In this document: in pieces, positions 19,860 to 28,277 of the stretch | Position numbering within the stretch: position 1 is the stretch's first letter | How the letters are laid out: each line of letters opens with the position of its first letter | Assembly: GCA_004558825.1 (NCBI GenBank) | Contig: SFDB01000001.1 | Location: 65,479 to 129,478 of the forward strand | Reading direction: 5' to 3' | DNA length: 64,000 nt | Origin: Clostridiales bacterium | GTDB taxonomy: Bacteria > Bacillota > Clostridia > Christensenellales > CAG-138 | Made by a program: the position numbers and the translations under genes | The notes under the pieces: model-generated | What the model saw: only the letters and a program-made list of their open reading frames with translations | Told to the model about the DNA's origin: nothing | Database searches by the model: none

Positions 19860-20373
19860 TTTTCCTCCCATCAAACAGGCGTCTCTTTATTATCCATGCG
19901 GCAAGCCCGACGCACGCCCCCGTAGGTATGCTCAAAAGGCCCATCAGCGGAGAATACGCAAGCACCTGTTTGCCGACCAATACCATGCCAATGGCCATTT
20001 GCCCCACGTTAAAGCAAAAAGCGCCCGCGACGCTGACGCCTATGGGCGTAACCATGCCGCGTTTCATGGGTTTCATCAAAAGCGCCGTCACTGCCCAGGA
20101 CATCGCGCAGCCCGCCGCACTGTATGCCAATGCCATCGGAGAGCCGCCTAACAAAAGCGTTCCAACAGTGCAGCGTACAGCGGAAACGGCCAGTCCGTCC
20201 CATATTGAAAAGCACATCATGGCCGTAAGCGTAAACACGTTTGCCGCGCCAAGCTTTACGGGTACCCCGGGAACTATCGGCGGCAGCAGGTTTTCGGCAT
20301 ACTGCACCGCAAGTGCCATCGCGGCCAATACGCCTATCGCCGCAAGTCTTTTTGCCCGTGTCCCTCTCTTCAT
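19846..20373 (-). CDS. Gx transporter family membrane protein (heptaprenyl diphosphate synthase component I-like)
   Basis: 175 aa polytopic membrane protein. Family-typical N-terminus AAIGVLAAMALAVQYAENLLP..VKLGAANVFTL. Confidence 0.65.
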   Translation of the reverse strand: MKRGTRAKRLAAIGVLAAMALAVQYAENLLPPIVPGVPVKLGAANVFTLTAMMCFSIWDGLAVSAVRCTVGTLLLGGSPMALAYSAAGCAMSWAVTALLMKPMKRGMVTPIGVSVAGAFCFNVGQMAIGMVLVGKQVLAYSPLMGLLSIPTGACVGLAAWIIKRRLFDGRKNASL

Positions 20374-20714
20374 CGCGTCACCCCGTCGGGCGCATCGTCG
20401 CCGGCTTCAACGCTCACCACAAGCCTTTTCGGCACGCATATCACAGGCCTTCCCGGCCGCGCATCTCCCATATCGACGCATATTCCGTCGGCGCAGTCGG
20501 AATATGCGACATACGCATGGCCGCCGCCTATTTCTACGGTTGCGCCGTTTACCTCGAGCGTAATATCCTCATAGATACTGCCACTGTATATTAGTTCTCC
20601 GTCGCAAATCACAGACACGGTGTCTCCTTGCCTGCCGACAAGAGGTATAAGGCATAAAAGCGATAAAAGCGCAGCCGCCGCAGCTATAACCATGTCTAGC
20701 GCCTTCGGTTTCAT
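20370..20714 (-). CDS. NusG domain II-containing membrane-anchored protein
   Basis: About 114 aa after trimming to MKPKAL (ATGA overlap with the apbE stop). One TM helix, then a beta-rich domain with CADGIC..ICVP. The track ORF 5' extension overlaps apbE. Confidence 0.6.
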   Translation of the reverse strand: MKPKALDMVIAAAAALLSLLCLIPLVGRQGDTVSVICDGELIYSGSIYEDITLEVNGATVEIGGGHAYVAYSDCADGICVDMGDARPGRPVICVPKRLVVSVEAGDDAPDGVTR

Positions 20715-21670
20715 CCGTTCACCCATATCTCCGTGCCGTCGTCCTCGATTATCAGCGCGCACACAGCGTTCTTTTCCGCAAATTCCACGGCTTTCTCCGC
20801 GCCCATCACGAACATCGCCGTAGCGTATGCGTCGGCAAGCATTGAATTTTTGCCGATAACGGTTACGGAGGCTATTCCGCTTCGCGCGGGACATAGCGTT
20901 TTCGGGTCGATTATGTGATGATACCTTACGCCGTCGCGCTCAAAAAACCGCTGATAATCTCCTGATGTTACGGCGGCACACGAAACGAGTTCAAGCGTCT
21001 CTTTATAGCCGTCGCCGCGCGGATCCTGCACGGCTATGCGCCATGGCTCGGAACCTTCTCTCGCGCCCACGGCGTATATGCTGCCGCCCAAGTCGATTAT
21101 GCCGGTGCATCCGTATTCGTTATAGAGCGCATTTAGCTCGTCGGCAGCATAGCCCTTTGCTATCGCGCCAAAATCTATACTCTGCCCTGCGCCAAGGCGC
21201 GCCATTTTTCTTTCTTCATCAAGCTCAACTTCCCTGAAGTCCACAAGCGGCCTTATCTTTTCAAGTTCATACTCGGACGGCAGCGTTTCTCCGCTCATAC
21301 CGTCCCACGCTTTCATGGCAGCCGCGACCGTTAGATCAAAAGCGCCGTCCGTAAGCTCGGCCGCCTCCAAGCTTGCCTTTAGCACGCAAAACGCGTCGTC
21401 TCCGAGACTTATCCACTCGCCGTTCGCGCTGTTGAGACGCGAAACATCGCTCCCCTCTATCGTCGCCGAAAGGCATTTCTCAAGCTCCGTAAGCCTTTTT
21501 TCGCATGCGTCGATAAGCGCCCGTGCGCCGTCGCCGTATGCTCGCAGGCTTACGAACGTATCCATATGGAAGCTCGTGCCGCTTGCCTGTTCCTTTTCGG
21601 CGCAGCCCGTTAAAAACGCCGCCGCAAAAGAGCAAGCAAGCAGAAAAAATGCAATCTGCCTTTTCATCAT
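20711..21670 (-). CDS. apbE: FAD:protein FMN transferase ApbE (lipoprotein)
   Basis: 319 aa. Signal peptide with lipobox LTGC. Conserved AVTSGDYQRFF and ADAYATA motifs. Confidence 0.88.
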   Translation of the reverse strand: MMKRQIAFFLLACSFAAAFLTGCAEKEQASGTSFHMDTFVSLRAYGDGARALIDACEKRLTELEKCLSATIEGSDVSRLNSANGEWISLGDDAFCVLKASLEAAELTDGAFDLTVAAAMKAWDGMSGETLPSEYELEKIRPLVDFREVELDEERKMARLGAGQSIDFGAIAKGYAADELNALYNEYGCTGIIDLGGSIYAVGAREGSEPWRIAVQDPRGDGYKETLELVSCAAVTSGDYQRFFERDGVRYHHIIDPKTLCPARSGIASVTVIGKNSMLADAYATAMFVMGAEKAVEFAEKNAVCALIIEDDGTEIWVNG

Positions 21671-22353
21671 TCCTGTACCGTCTTTATTGCGCCGTTTATG
21701 AACGTATACATCGGACGCATATCCGCGGCAGCGTCAAGAAGCTCGTCCTTAAAGCCGGGCATCATAGTGTCCTTAAGGCGCTCGCTCGAAAAGCACCAGC
21801 TCATGCTTTTCATATTAAGATACGGTCTTATTTCCGCCCGTTCGTTCGGGAATCGGTCGCGCACATAGCTTGTCCCCTCGAGCGTAAACCTCTCAAGCCC
21901 TTTGCTGCCCGCAAGCGCCAAAAACTCGTCGGGCCGCGCTTTTACCGCGCCTCGTATCCTCTTCATGACGTCCGTGTTGGGCGCATACATGCCCATACCG
22001 TATCCGTAGCTTTCAGGCGTTATTTCAAAATAAATGCAAAAGCCCTCGCTTACCGCAGTGTTCAAATGCCGAAAGCATATCCATGCATGATCTCTGTATA
22101 GCGACTTATCGCGTGAAAACCGTGTATCCCTGCGTATGCGCGACACAACTGTCGTAAGGCGCAGGTTGAATTCCGGATCTATATCCGCCATTGTCGGCAC
22201 AAGCTCCTCCGCCAGCAGTGTCAACGGTTCCTTTACGCATGCATAATAGCGCTTCCTGTTCTCCTCGAACCACGCGCGGTCATCGCGGTGAAAGCGTACC
22301 TCCATAAGAAAATCATATGTTTCGGGTGAAAAGCCCTCAAAGCGTTTTTTCAT
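21667..22353 (-). CDS. DUF2461 (TIGR02453) family protein
   Basis: 228 aa. FSPETYDFLMEVRFHRDDRAWFEENRKRY matches the DUF2461 N-terminal signature as I recall it. ATGA overlap with apbE. Confidence 0.65.
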   Translation of the reverse strand: MKKRFEGFSPETYDFLMEVRFHRDDRAWFEENRKRYYACVKEPLTLLAEELVPTMADIDPEFNLRLTTVVSRIRRDTRFSRDKSLYRDHAWICFRHLNTAVSEGFCIYFEITPESYGYGMGMYAPNTDVMKRIRGAVKARPDEFLALAGSKGLERFTLEGTSYVRDRFPNERAEIRPYLNMKSMSWCFSSERLKDTMMPGFKDELLDAAADMRPMYTFINGAIKTVQE

Positions 22354-22437
22354 CGAAAGCCTCCGAGAAAGCGAATCTTTATATACATTTTATTGCTTTA
22401 CGCCCTTCTCGTCAATGCATCAAACGAAAAGCGCCGC

Positions 22438-23469
22438 CTACGGAACAAGGCTCATTGTGCCGAGTACGCCCGTGTTCTCACCCGCGCACTTGGCTATAGC
22501 CGCCGCCAAATATTTCATCGCCGCAAGCGCTTCCTCGAGCGTATTCGCATTATGGCCTACCTCCACAAGCAGGCATTTATTCGATATGTGCTGGTTATAT
22601 CTTCCGTTTTTTACCCTTATTTTTCGCACAAGCTTCTCGTCATATTCCGCCAAAAGCTCCGTCATACGCTTTGCAAGCGCATAGTTTGCCGCAAAATCGG
22701 GCATTTCACCAAAGCCCGCGCCCGTCGCCCCCTTTCCCGTGCCGACTACGAACATGAGCCTCGCCACCCTCTCGCCATTTATAACGCAATAGTCTGTGTT
22801 GACCTTATCGCCCGCAGTGTTATACGCATCCCTGTGCAGGTCGATATACATCGTTATGGAAGGATACTCGTCCCTGTACTTTTCCATCGTTTTCACGGAG
22901 CGTGAGTATGCAGACGAAAGCTTTGGCGGCTCATGATTCGTAGTGTCGTGCAGCACAGCTATGCCATACGTTTCCCTAAGTATTCGCGCAAGCTCTTCGC
23001 CGACGGCTATAACGCTGCGCGTTTCATCGTTCGTGCGCCACCGCGTCGATTCCTTGTATTTACACTTATCGGTAGGCGTATAAGCCTCCGTCGCGTGAGT
23101 GTGGTATATAAGTATCCGCGGCTCCGTCCCCTTCAAATCTATTTCGCCTATGTCGGGCGCCGACAGTATTTCGAATTTTATGGATGAGTCGACGTCCTTC
23201 TCAATATCTACGGGTTCAAAAAGTATAAGCTCGTCCGCGTTCCGCATCGGCGTTGGCTCGGGCTCGTCCGCCCTGCTCTTTTTGACCGCGTATATGTACG
23301 GAAGCTCCAAGCTCAATATGCTTGAAAGCGAAAAAGCGCCGTTTTCCGACACAAGCGTCTGAAGCGTAAGCGCTCCTCCAAGGAGCAATATCGCTATCGC
23401 CGCATACATCCTTATACGCAGCGTCCGCCGCTGCATCGATGAAGTATCAGCCATAAGCCGCCTTTGCAT
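22438..23469 (-). CDS. spoIIP: Stage II sporulation protein P
   Basis: 343 aa. N-terminal TM helix. Hallmark ILIYHTHATEAY motif and DLHRD. Confidence 0.85.
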   Translation of the reverse strand: MQRRLMADTSSMQRRTLRIRMYAAIAILLLGGALTLQTLVSENGAFSLSSILSLELPYIYAVKKSRADEPEPTPMRNADELILFEPVDIEKDVDSSIKFEILSAPDIGEIDLKGTEPRILIYHTHATEAYTPTDKCKYKESTRWRTNDETRSVIAVGEELARILRETYGIAVLHDTTNHEPPKLSSAYSRSVKTMEKYRDEYPSITMYIDLHRDAYNTAGDKVNTDYCVINGERVARLMFVVGTGKGATGAGFGEMPDFAANYALAKRMTELLAEYDEKLVRKIRVKNGRYNQHISNKCLLVEVGHNANTLEEALAAMKYLAAAIAKCAGENTGVLGTMSLVP

Positions 23470-23743
23470 ATGTACCTCCGCCGCGCATAAAAGCGCTAAT
23501 GATTTATATGACGCCGATAGTCGGCTATATTCGAATCGGACTCCCTTTTTTGTTAAGTCAATTTAACGAACAGACAGAAACGGCTCGCAATCATCGTTTC
23601 AACCGCGCATTTGAAACGTCGTCATGGGCGGACAGCGTCTTTTGAAAACCTCCGCCGCTCCCCCGGCGATGATTCACGCAAACAGTTTGTTACAAATCAC
23701 CGTCGCTCGCTCTCAATCACTTTGCAGATTTTTTCATTTTCGC

Positions 23744-23772
23744 TTCACAATCGGACATATATATAGTATAAT
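23744..23772 (+). promoter_or_regulatory. Sigma-A type promoter of glmS
   Basis: TTCACA (23744-23749), a 17-nt spacer and TATAAT (23767-23772), about 52 nt before the ATG. Confidence 0.6.
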
Positions 23773-23824
23773 TGCTTTTTAGTGGCAAGTGCCTTGACTT
23801 TTGCCGGAATGAGAGGAAAAGATT

Positions 23825-25651
23825 ATGTGCGGAATAGTCGGATATGCGGGAGGCAGCCAGGCGGCGCCGATCATACTCGATGCGCTCGAAAAGCTTGAAT
23901 ACAGGGGATACGATTCCGCTGGGATAGCTGTCGCGCGCGGAGGAGCGCTTACTGTAAAAAAATCGAAGGGTCGTCTGAAGGTACTGCGCGGGTTAACCGA
24001 TGACGGGGCTTCCATTAACGGAACAACCGGCATAGGCCATACGCGATGGGCGACGCATGGCGAGCCTTCTGATGTAAATTCCCACCCGCATTTGTCTCTC
24101 AGCGGAAAAATTGCCGTAGTGCATAACGGAATCATCGAAAACTATATCGAGCTTCGAAGATTCTTAACCTCGCATGGCTACAGCTTCGTTACGGAAACCG
24201 ATACCGAAGTCATTTCGCAAATGATAGATTTCTTCTATGCGGGCGATTCACTTTCCGCCGTAAGAAACGCCGTGCGTCATTTTGAAGGATCGTACGCAAT
24301 AGGCATATTGTTCGCCGACGAGCCCGATAAAATTATCGCCGTATGCAAAGACAGCCCGCTCATAGTCGGTATAGGCGACGGTGAAAACTTTATCGCATCC
24401 GACGTTACGGCGATATTAAAGCATACGCGCCGTATATTCAGAATGTGCGAGCAGGAAATAGCCGTGATTGAGCGCAGCAATATAGACGTTTACAACGCTT
24501 ACGGCGAAAGAATCGAAAAAGAGCCCATATTCGTCACTTGGGATGCCAATGCGGCCGAAAAGGGCGGGTACGAGCACTTCATGATAAAGGAGATAGTCGA
24601 ACAGCCCGACGTAATCAGAAAGACTGCAAGCCCGCGGATAAAAAACGGCCAAGTTGAATTGGGACTCAAGAATATAACGGACGACGATATACGCTCTTTC
24701 AATAAAATATACATTGTAGGCTGCGGCTCGGCATACCATGTCGGCAAGGTCGGACGCCAGATAATAGAGAGATTCGCAAATATCCCCGTAACGGTCGAGC
24801 TTGCGTCCGAATTCAGATATGACAACCCGTTCGTAGACAGCAGCACTCTTACGATAGTGATAAGCCAGTCGGGCGAAACCATGGATACGCTCTACGCGCT
24901 CAAGGAGGCGCGCAAACGCGGCTCGCGCGTGATTTCCATCGTAAACGTCGTCGGCAGCACAATCGCTTCCGAAAGCGAGGATGTCGTTTACACATGGGCA
25001 GGTCCGGAGATTGCTGTCGCCACAACGAAGGCATACACGGCGCAGCTCATCGTGCTTTACTTGACCGCACTTTATTTCGGTCAGGTCCGCGCCTGCGCCT
25101 CTCAAGCCGATATTGACAGCGCGATTAAGCAGATAGAGAGGCTTCCCGAAGTCGTCGGTGAGCTGATAGAAAGCCGTGAACAAGTTCAGTACCTTGCATC
25201 GCTCTACTTTAATTCTAAGGACATATTCTTCATCGGTCGAAATATCGATTACGCGCTTGCGCTCGAGGGATCGCTGAAGCTAAAGGAAATATCCTATATC
25301 CATTCCGAGGCGTACGCCGCGGGCGAGCTGAAGCATGGCACCATATCGCTAATAGAGGACGGAACGCTTGTAATAGCGCTCTGCACATACGCCCCGCTGC
25401 GCGACAAAATGATATCCAACATACGCGAGGTAAAGGCGCGCGGCGCGGTCGTAATAGCGCTTGCCCGCTGCGGCGATACAGCCGTTGCGGAGGCGGCGGA
25501 TCATGTTATTTATATGCCGGAATGGGAGCAGCTGACAATGCCGTCGCTCACAATAGTGCCTCTCCAGCTTTTCGCGTATTACGTGGCGTCGCTGAAAGGC
25601 TGCGATATAGATAAGCCGAGAAATTTGGCGAAATCGGTGACTGTCGAGTGA
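23825..25651 (+). CDS. glmS: Glutamine--fructose-6-phosphate aminotransferase (isomerising)
   Basis: 608 aa. MCGIVGY Ntn-amidotransferase start, two SIS domains and C-terminal KSVTVE. Confidence 0.97.
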   Translation: MCGIVGYAGGSQAAPIILDALEKLEYRGYDSAGIAVARGGALTVKKSKGRLKVLRGLTDDGASINGTTGIGHTRWATHGEPSDVNSHPHLSLSGKIAVVHNGIIENYIELRRFLTSHGYSFVTETDTEVISQMIDFFYAGDSLSAVRNAVRHFEGSYAIGILFADEPDKIIAVCKDSPLIVGIGDGENFIASDVTAILKHTRRIFRMCEQEIAVIERSNIDVYNAYGERIEKEPIFVTWDANAAEKGGYEHFMIKEIVEQPDVIRKTASPRIKNGQVELGLKNITDDDIRSFNKIYIVGCGSAYHVGKVGRQIIERFANIPVTVELASEFRYDNPFVDSSTLTIVISQSGETMDTLYALKEARKRGSRVISIVNVVGSTIASESEDVVYTWAGPEIAVATTKAYTAQLIVLYLTALYFGQVRACASQADIDSAIKQIERLPEVVGELIESREQVQYLASLYFNSKDIFFIGRNIDYALALEGSLKLKEISYIHSEAYAAGELKHGTISLIEDGTLVIALCTYAPLRDKMISNIREVKARGAVVIALARCGDTAVAEAADHVIYMPEWEQLTMPSLTIVPLQLFAYYVASLKGCDIDKPRNLAKSVTVE

Positions 25652-25663
25652 CCAAAGAAAAAG

Positions 25664-25692
25664 CGAGCCGCTGCGCGCGCAGCGGCTTTTTG
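25664..25692 (+). terminator. Intrinsic terminator after glmS
   Basis: GCCGCTGCGCGCGCAGCGGC GC-rich hairpin followed by TTTTTG. Confidence 0.85.
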
Positions 25693-25792
25693 TTATACCG
25701 ATAAATGCTTCTTCAAAAGATTAAACGCGCTCGTCTCAAACGTAAAACAGGTTCTATCGACATAAGTCAAAGCCGTTTTTACGTTTTAAGCC

Positions 25793-26533
25793 CTACACCG
25801 TATATGTTTTCATTTCCTCGGCAATAGCGGCCCTCGGAAAATCCTCCCGCACTTCATCGAGTATCGCCCTTTCGTCGTAGCCTCCGGCCCAAATATGAGT
25901 ACACAGCAGCTTTTTAACGCGGCAGCGCCTTGCAAGCGCACCAACCTCGCGCGCCGTCATATGCGGCGCGTTCTCGACCGTCTTGTCAGCGCTGAGAAAG
26001 CAAGTGTCGGCAAGCAGCAGATCCGCGCCTTCGCACACTTTATCGAGCATCATATTATAGCCCGTGTCGCCTGTATAAACGAGGCGCTTGGCGCCGCATT
26101 GGACGCTTACCGCATATGACACGGCCGGATGCGTCATTCTGTGGAGCGTAATGCTCATATCATTGAGTTTGAGTTTCATGCCGTCGGCTGCGGCCAACAT
26201 ATTATAGACGCCCGACGCGCTGAGCTGCCTGAATTCGTTTTGCGGCTCGGACGGTGAAACGACAGACAGCGGCATGGGTACATCTATGCCGCGTGCCTTA
26301 AGCTGCTCGAGCGCATAGCGAAGCACAAGCATGTCGGACATATGGTCGCTGTGAAGATGCGTCAGTATTATCGCATCAACTGCAATGTCGGGCTTTATAG
26401 AGCGCAGCCGCCCGAGCGTGCCGCTCCCGAGGTCAAGCACAAGCGAAGCGCTGCCGCTTTCGACAAGATAGCCCGAACATGCGCCCATTGGCGCAGGAAA
26501 CGGTCCGTATTTGCCCAACACAGTAAGCTTCAT
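25793..26533 (-). CDS. MBL-fold metallo-hydrolase
   Basis: 246 aa. HxHxDH motif (HLHSDH) and downstream His/Asp ligands. Confidence 0.75.
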   Translation of the reverse strand: MKLTVLGKYGPFPAPMGACSGYLVESGSASLVLDLGSGTLGRLRSIKPDIAVDAIILTHLHSDHMSDMLVLRYALEQLKARGIDVPMPLSVVSPSEPQNEFRQLSASGVYNMLAAADGMKLKLNDMSITLHRMTHPAVSYAVSVQCGAKRLVYTGDTGYNMMLDKVCEGADLLLADTCFLSADKTVENAPHMTAREVGALARRCRVKKLLCTHIWAGGYDERAILDEVREDFPRAAIAEEMKTYTV

Positions 26534-26540
26534 CTATCAC

Positions 26541-27098
26541 TCATCCTTGAATGGTATTGTTTTGCTTAAAGTATGTCCCGGACAAAACTTTTAATACGGG
26601 GATGGCTATCGCAGCGTTCATTATTGCCTGCAAAACGTTAGTGGGCAGGCAGAGCGCCGCTACGCTGTAGTCGTTCATTATTATGAGATCGAACAGGAAA
26701 TAGCCGCCTATCATTATGAGCGAGCAATAAAGACACAGCTTTATTATGGACAGCCAATCGCGCTCGTTTTTAAGCATACGCCCCGCCAGATACGCCATGG
26801 CTCCCTTGATTATGAGGCTCGGTATGGCATAAACGGCGCTGCCCACAAAAATGTCCGCAAGTGCGCTTCCAACAGCCGCCGCTATTATCGCAAGCGGGTT
26901 GCCGACAGCAAGCGCGGCTATATATATCACGCAGTCTCCGAAGCTGATAAAGCAATTCGCTTCCTTTCCCGTATGTCTGAGGAGCGGTCCGCCGTCAGAG
27001 CTTTTTGGAATATCAAACCTTAAAAGGCATGTTGCGAGTATTATTGCCGCAAAAAATACCGCCGCAACGATGAGCTGCTTCGTTGTGAACCTTTTCAT
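26541..27098 (-). CDS. Polytopic membrane protein, ECF-transporter S-component-like
   Basis: 185 aa, about 5-6 TM helices. GD..IY..A and LAD..VG..YA.PSLIIKG resemble ECF substrate-capture subunits. Substrate unknown. Confidence 0.45.
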   Translation of the reverse strand: MKRFTTKQLIVAAVFFAAIILATCLLRFDIPKSSDGGPLLRHTGKEANCFISFGDCVIYIAALAVGNPLAIIAAAVGSALADIFVGSAVYAIPSLIIKGAMAYLAGRMLKNERDWLSIIKLCLYCSLIMIGGYFLFDLIIMNDYSVAALCLPTNVLQAIMNAAIAIPVLKVLSGTYFKQNNTIQG

Positions 27099-27200
27099 AA
27101 TTTATCCTCCTTAGTGCTTCGTCCGTAAAACAGTTCGTTTCACATGTTCAGATACATTATATCCGAAAACGGGCGTTTGAAAACCAAACTTTGTGTAACA

Positions 27201-27899
27201 TTATTTTTTCGCCGCCAAATAACGAACTATGCCCTCCACGCTTTTTTCTTCAACGCCTATGAAATTATCGCGTTCGAATATGTCCTCGAGCCTGTGCGCA
27301 TCGGACGAGTATATCACATGATATGCATCGACATTCGTTTTCACAGGCAGGCTTCTATATACCTCTACCGACGTAAATTCGGGCTCGTCAGGTATGAAGC
27401 CAAGGCACGCTATGAGCGAATTGGATGTCCTGTTTATATGCGCGGGCACCGGAACCCCTCCAAGCGCTCGGCATTTCAAAGCTATTTCGTCTATCGTAAG
27501 CTCCGTTGCCTGTATCAGGAGCTTCCGTTCCGTATATATAGGCTCGTCGTCGTCGTTCATAGCCGTCTGCTCGCCGAACATCGCTGGCACGTTTTCGATA
27601 TCCGGCAAAAAATCATACACATAGTCGCCCATCGCAACGGCAGCCTCGACCGATGTAAAGTAGCAAAGCACATGTACCTCCTCGCGGCTCTCCACCTCTA
27701 TCGCAGGCACAAGCAATATCCCCCGCGCGTCGGCGACCGCCTTGCAGGCCGGCAGATTTTTTGCCGTATTATGGTCTGAAACGGCAATCGCATCAAGCCC
27801 CTTCAGATATGCCATGGTTACAAGATTGTTCGGCGTCATATCCATATCGGCGCACGGCGACACACACGAATGTATATGGAGGTCGACCGCGATTTTCAT
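27201..27899 (-). CDS. PHP-domain phosphoesterase
   Basis: 232 aa. PHP metal motif DLHIHSCVSPCAD..SDHN. Last gene of the hydrogenase-like cluster, 4 nt after the DRTGG gene. Confidence 0.8.
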   Translation of the reverse strand: MKIAVDLHIHSCVSPCADMDMTPNNLVTMAYLKGLDAIAVSDHNTAKNLPACKAVADARGILLVPAIEVESREEVHVLCYFTSVEAAVAMGDYVYDFLPDIENVPAMFGEQTAMNDDDEPIYTERKLLIQATELTIDEIALKCRALGGVPVPAHINRTSNSLIACLGFIPDEPEFTSVEVYRSLPVKTNVDAYHVIYSSDAHRLEDIFERDNFIGVEEKSVEGIVRYLAAKK

Positions 27900-27903
27900 C
27901 GGC

Positions 27904-28248
27904 TCACTCCCTTTCGGGCTTGATACCGCCTGCGCTCATGATACAGCAAACCTTGTACGCCGTATACGGCGATGAAATCACCGCTATTCCCTCCTCATCA
28001 GCCTTATCGAGCACATCTGCGTCGGGCTTCATTCCCTCCGGGCATATCACGCACGCCATGTCATGAAGCGACGCAACAGCTATCACGTTCATATGCGTCT
28101 GCACCGTAACCCACGCGCAATTCGGCTCTCCCTTCGCCATTACCCAGCTCAAAAGGTCGCACACGCACCCGCATTCTATTTCGTTTTCGCCTCCCGAGCG
28201 CGTAAGTATCGTTCCTCCGACAAGTCCGCAAAGCTCTTTTACTTTCAT
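27904..28248 (-). CDS. DRTGG domain protein (paralog 2)
   Basis: About 114 aa from MKVKELCG (AAGGAGA RBS). Similar to the 30019..30390 product. The track ORF extension overlaps the upstream gene. Confidence 0.65.
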   Translation of the reverse strand: MKVKELCGLVGGTILTRSGGENEIECGCVCDLLSWVMAKGEPNCAWVTVQTHMNVIAVASLHDMACVICPEGMKPDADVLDKADEEGIAVISSPYTAYKVCCIMSAGGIKPERE

Positions 28249-28277
28249 GTCAATTCTCCTTTTTACATCTATTCGCA

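Noticed and set aside
27099-27200. Looked for a riboswitch (preQ1, THF, TPP etc.) upstream of the ECF-S-component-like gene.
   Set aside because: A TATAAT-like -10 leaves only about 50 nt of leader with no recognisable conserved riboswitch core.
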